The position numbers were made by a program, and so were the translations under genes. The notes under the pieces are model-generated. The model searched no databases, was not told where the DNA came from, and was given only the letters and a program-made list of their open reading frames with translations. From Nitrosarchaeum sp. (GTDB taxonomy: Archaea > Thermoproteota > Nitrososphaeria > Nitrososphaerales > Nitrosopumilaceae), in NCBI GenBank assembly GCA_965223865.1, contig OZ245020.1:1856001-1920000 (forward strand): a DNA stretch of 64,000 bases, written 5' to 3'. Positions 61,316 to 64,000 of the stretch are shown here, piece after piece. Numbering within the stretch: position 1 is the first letter of the stretch; every line of letters starts with the position of its first letter.

Positions 61316-61508
61316 ATGCTGTTCCTGCAATTTTAAAACTGCATTTTTTACAGGACCATATTCCAACGGCATCTCTAGTAAATTTTTTCGAGCCGCATTC
61401 TGGACAAGTTCTTGTTTCTTTTAGGGTAAGATGAATCTTAGTATACTGCTTTCTAATTTTAATTCCATATCTTGCGCCCAATCCTTTTAGAGATTTTTTC
61501 TTTGCCAT
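61299..61508 (-). CDS. rpl37ae: 50S ribosomal protein L37Ae (eL43)
   Basis: GARYG...CPECG...GIWSCKKC. Confidence 0.96.
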   Translation of the reverse strand: MAKKKSLKGLGARYGIKIRKQYTKIHLTLKETRTCPECGSKKFTRDAVGIWSCKKCSFKIAGTAYDIKL

Positions 61509-61509
61509 T

Positions 61510-62325
61510 TTATTGATCGCTACCCTTTACTTCTTTTAACTTTTCTCGGATTTTTGAGCCAATATTTACAGAAATTTCACCGCATTTTATTATTTCATCC
61601 AAACTGAAACCATCATCCCCCCCTTTTTGTAGTGCACAAATGTTTCCATCAGAATCAGTTGTAATTGTAATTCTTGCATCCATTACATCCCATTCATCAG
61701 CATTTGGGTCCACTACAATGTAATTTCCAATCTTTCCCATAGTCACAGATACAGGAATTGTTGTGATCGGTACGTCAGTTTCTTGACCTTCGATTAGTTT
61801 GGGAACATCGTCGACCAACTCCCATTTTGGAGTTTTTGAAGACAAAACAGCAGCTGTTGCAGCATAGGCGCATGCATCAAAAAGATTACCATCGTAATCA
61901 ATTACGACATTATCAGCAAAAACACCTACAACAGATTTGTCTTTTTCAATTACTAATTGAGATAAATCAATCATGTGACTTTCTCTAATTCCTCTATCAA
62001 CAACTCTTGCCAATTCAATGACATCAGGACCAGGCGGTCCTGTTTCAACACTAGGATGAGATAAGGGTAAAAGCTCAGCGGTACAGATGAAGATTCCCTT
62101 ATCACCCATATCTGGGAAAGGTCTATCAGGTTGAATTTTTACACCGCAGACTACTTCACTACCACCAAGTCGAACTCTAGCAGAACCATTTGCTTTTGGA
62201 ATTGCATTAGTTTCAATGGTTAATTCTCTTGATTCATCTAATGCTCTACCGTCAATTCTCTTTCCTTGTTCTAACAATTCAAGAATTTGTGATTTCTTTA
62301 ATTCATCTATTACTCCTAATGACAT
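61510..62325 (-). CDS. rrp42: Exosome subunit Rrp42
   Basis: RIDGR...ELARVVDRGIRES. Confidence 0.96.
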   Translation of the reverse strand: MSLGVIDELKKSQILELLEQGKRIDGRALDESRELTIETNAIPKANGSARVRLGGSEVVCGVKIQPDRPFPDMGDKGIFICTAELLPLSHPSVETGPPGPDVIELARVVDRGIRESHMIDLSQLVIEKDKSVVGVFADNVVIDYDGNLFDACAYAATAAVLSSKTPKWELVDDVPKLIEGQETDVPITTIPVSVTMGKIGNYIVVDPNADEWDVMDARITITTDSDGNICALQKGGDDGFSLDEIIKCGEISVNIGSKIREKLKEVKGSDQ

Positions 62326-63063
62326 TTATTCTTCTCCTCCATTACCAAAATACTTTTCATTCAATGCTTTCTTTTGTAAATCATAAACAATTTTGCAACC
62401 GTTAATTCCTGTTTCTACACATTTCTGGTATTCTTCAGGAGTAAGAACACCATCTAGCTGCAATAAAGTAATTTTTTCAAGATTTGGCATGTAACCTATA
62501 GGCATGTCTGCTTGGCCAGCTTGATCTTCTTCATTGTTGACATCAAGAATTACAGTATCTGCAACTTTGCCAGCAGCACATGCTGCAACCATATCTCTCA
62601 TAGGAATTCCAGCATCAGCTAAGGCAACAGATGCAGCAGAAAGTGCAGCACAACGAGTTCCACCATCAGCTTGAAGAATCTCAATGAAAACATCAACTGC
62701 AGTTCGTGGGAATTTTTCTAGCATAACTGCTGGCTGTAGAGCCTCTTTGATGACTTTGGAAATTTCAATTTCTCTTCTAGAAGGAGCAGGGTTTTTTCTT
62801 TCAGTTACTGAAAAAGGTTCCATGTGATACCTAACTCTCAAAATTCCAGTATCTGTGTTTGACATGTGTTTTGGATGAACATCTCTTGGGCCAAAAACAC
62901 CAACAAGTATTTTGTTATCACCAAATTCAATATAGGCAGAGCCATCGGCATTTTTTAAACCGCCAGCTTTAATCATTATTCTTCTTGGTTCATCAATTTT
63001 TCTTCCGTCGCATCGGATACCATTTTCATCTAATAATACTAACTCTGATTCTCTTCCACCCAT
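62326..63063 (-). CDS. rrp41: Exosome subunit Rrp41
   Basis: ADGSAY...PSRREIEIS...QADGGTR. Confidence 0.97.
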   Translation of the reverse strand: MGGRESELVLLDENGIRCDGRKIDEPRRIMIKAGGLKNADGSAYIEFGDNKILVGVFGPRDVHPKHMSNTDTGILRVRYHMEPFSVTERKNPAPSRREIEISKVIKEALQPAVMLEKFPRTAVDVFIEILQADGGTRCAALSAASVALADAGIPMRDMVAACAAGKVADTVILDVNNEEDQAGQADMPIGYMPNLEKITLLQLDGVLTPEEYQKCVETGINGCKIVYDLQKKALNEKYFGNGGEE

Positions 63064-63743
63064 TATGATTCACCTTTTGATTCTAACATTTCCTTTACCT
63101 GATCAGTCAAATTTGCAACATGTGCGTGCTCATCAACCATTTGGATTGCTTTTTTAGCCTTTAATAATCCCTCGGGATTCTCACAAGAGACAACCACCCA
63201 ACCATTTTGTCCTATGGTTATTGCAGCATTTGTAGCCATTTCAATGGTTTGAATCATAGTACCTCTTTTTCCAATTAGACGTGGAACTTTACTTGAAGAT
63301 ATTTTGACCAAGTCTCCAGAGTCTATCTTTCCAAGATCTCTATCAGAAATGGTTACTAGAGGATCACGTGTTCTATCAAAATTAGCAATTCTTGCAGCAA
63401 CAAGATCTCCTGTTTTTAGCTTTGAAGATAAATCATCAGCATGTGCTGAAAAATCACGTCCAAAAACGTCTTGTGCTGGTAAAAATCCAACATAACAGGA
63501 ATTGATATCCAATTCCCAGGATAATGATGAATGTGAGACGACTTTGCCAATTACCAGATCATTAATTTTTGGAATATACTTTCCAGTTAACGGAATTACT
63601 TTAACAGAATCATCATAAATTTCTGAAATGCCTACTGTAGTGGCAATTATTTTGTTTCCTTCCAAGACAACATTTTGTTCTGGCCTAAATGGTCCAGTAG
63701 TCACTATATCACCAGGGATAACGTATTTTCTTCTATTATCCAT
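63063..63743 (-). CDS. rrp4: Exosome subunit Rrp4
   Basis: VIPGD, S1 and KH domains (VPRLIGKRG). Confidence 0.96.
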   Translation of the reverse strand: MDNRRKYVIPGDIVTTGPFRPEQNVVLEGNKIIATTVGISEIYDDSVKVIPLTGKYIPKINDLVIGKVVSHSSLSWELDINSCYVGFLPAQDVFGRDFSAHADDLSSKLKTGDLVAARIANFDRTRDPLVTISDRDLGKIDSGDLVKISSSKVPRLIGKRGTMIQTIEMATNAAITIGQNGWVVVSCENPEGLLKAKKAIQMVDEHAHVANLTDQVKEMLESKGES

Positions 63744-64000
63744 TATTTCATTACCTCTACTGTAGCAGAACCTTTGGTTATAGAACCTAGTCTATCAATC
63801 ACGTTTGGCCTTGCTGCAGCGGGTATTTCAAGTATTGCTTTTAGTGAACCATTATTTTGCCATTCTTCTTTCTTTAGAGAACCTACTGATTTTAAAACAG
63901 CATATGATTGTGAAGCGTATTGTGCTGGGATAATAATTTCAAGTGAAAGATTCTCAGATTTTAGTGGGATTATAGAGCGAAGTTTTTCTACAATATCTTT
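63743..64000 (-). CDS. Ribosome maturation factor SBDS/Sdo1, C-terminal part (cut by window edge)
   Basis: IIPAQYASQSY...EEWQNNGSL...ITKGSA; upstream of rrp4. Confidence 0.88.
   Translation of the reverse strand, partial: KDIVEKLRSIIPLKSENLSLEIIIPAQYASQSYAVLKSVGSLKKEEWQNNGSLKAILEIPAAARPNVIDRLGSITKGSATVEVMK

Noticed and set aside
788-63495. Numerous antisense or nested track ORFs (e.g. 788-1126, 2850-3263, 9064-9420, 44533-45024, 45567-46103, 57755-58090)
   Set aside because: Shadows of well-supported genes on the opposite strand or in another frame

Overview
Genomic window of an ammonia-oxidising archaeon (Nitrososphaerota/Thaumarchaeota, Nitrosopumilales-like; inferred from the gene content). 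Positions ~196-47351 are one ~47-kb element integrated at tRNA-Glu(CTC). It is bounded by a 21-bp direct repeat of the tRNA 3' end and headed by an apparently damaged tyrosine integrase. The element holds two diverged, inverted copies of the same conjugation/T4SS-like module: an ~860-aa and an ~470-aa membrane-anchored surface protein, a PrgI/VirB3-like protein, a two-helix pilin candidate, a membrane protein and a VirB4-like ATPase. Both copies also conserve three micro-ORFs (23/24, 42 and ~50 aa), mostly missed by the ORF track. Cargo includes TFB, USP/CBS stress genes, many tiny Zn-finger proteins, a cupredoxin/His-rich beta-propeller, DpsL-Rieske, two choice-of-anchor-I phosphatase-like genes and S-layer-like proteins. 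There is also a truncated VirD4-like gene, an origin-like inverted repeat, relics of other tRNA att sites and many pseudogenes. Positions 47375-64000 are ordinary core genome: SIMPL, EndA, uL16, tRNA-Gly, CPA2 antiporter, a candidate C/D-box RNA, GT2, rhodanese, NAD kinase, Nob1, XPF and the prefoldin-Pcc1-eL43-exosome-SBDS superoperon. All family assignments come from motif recognition by eye; no database search was run.
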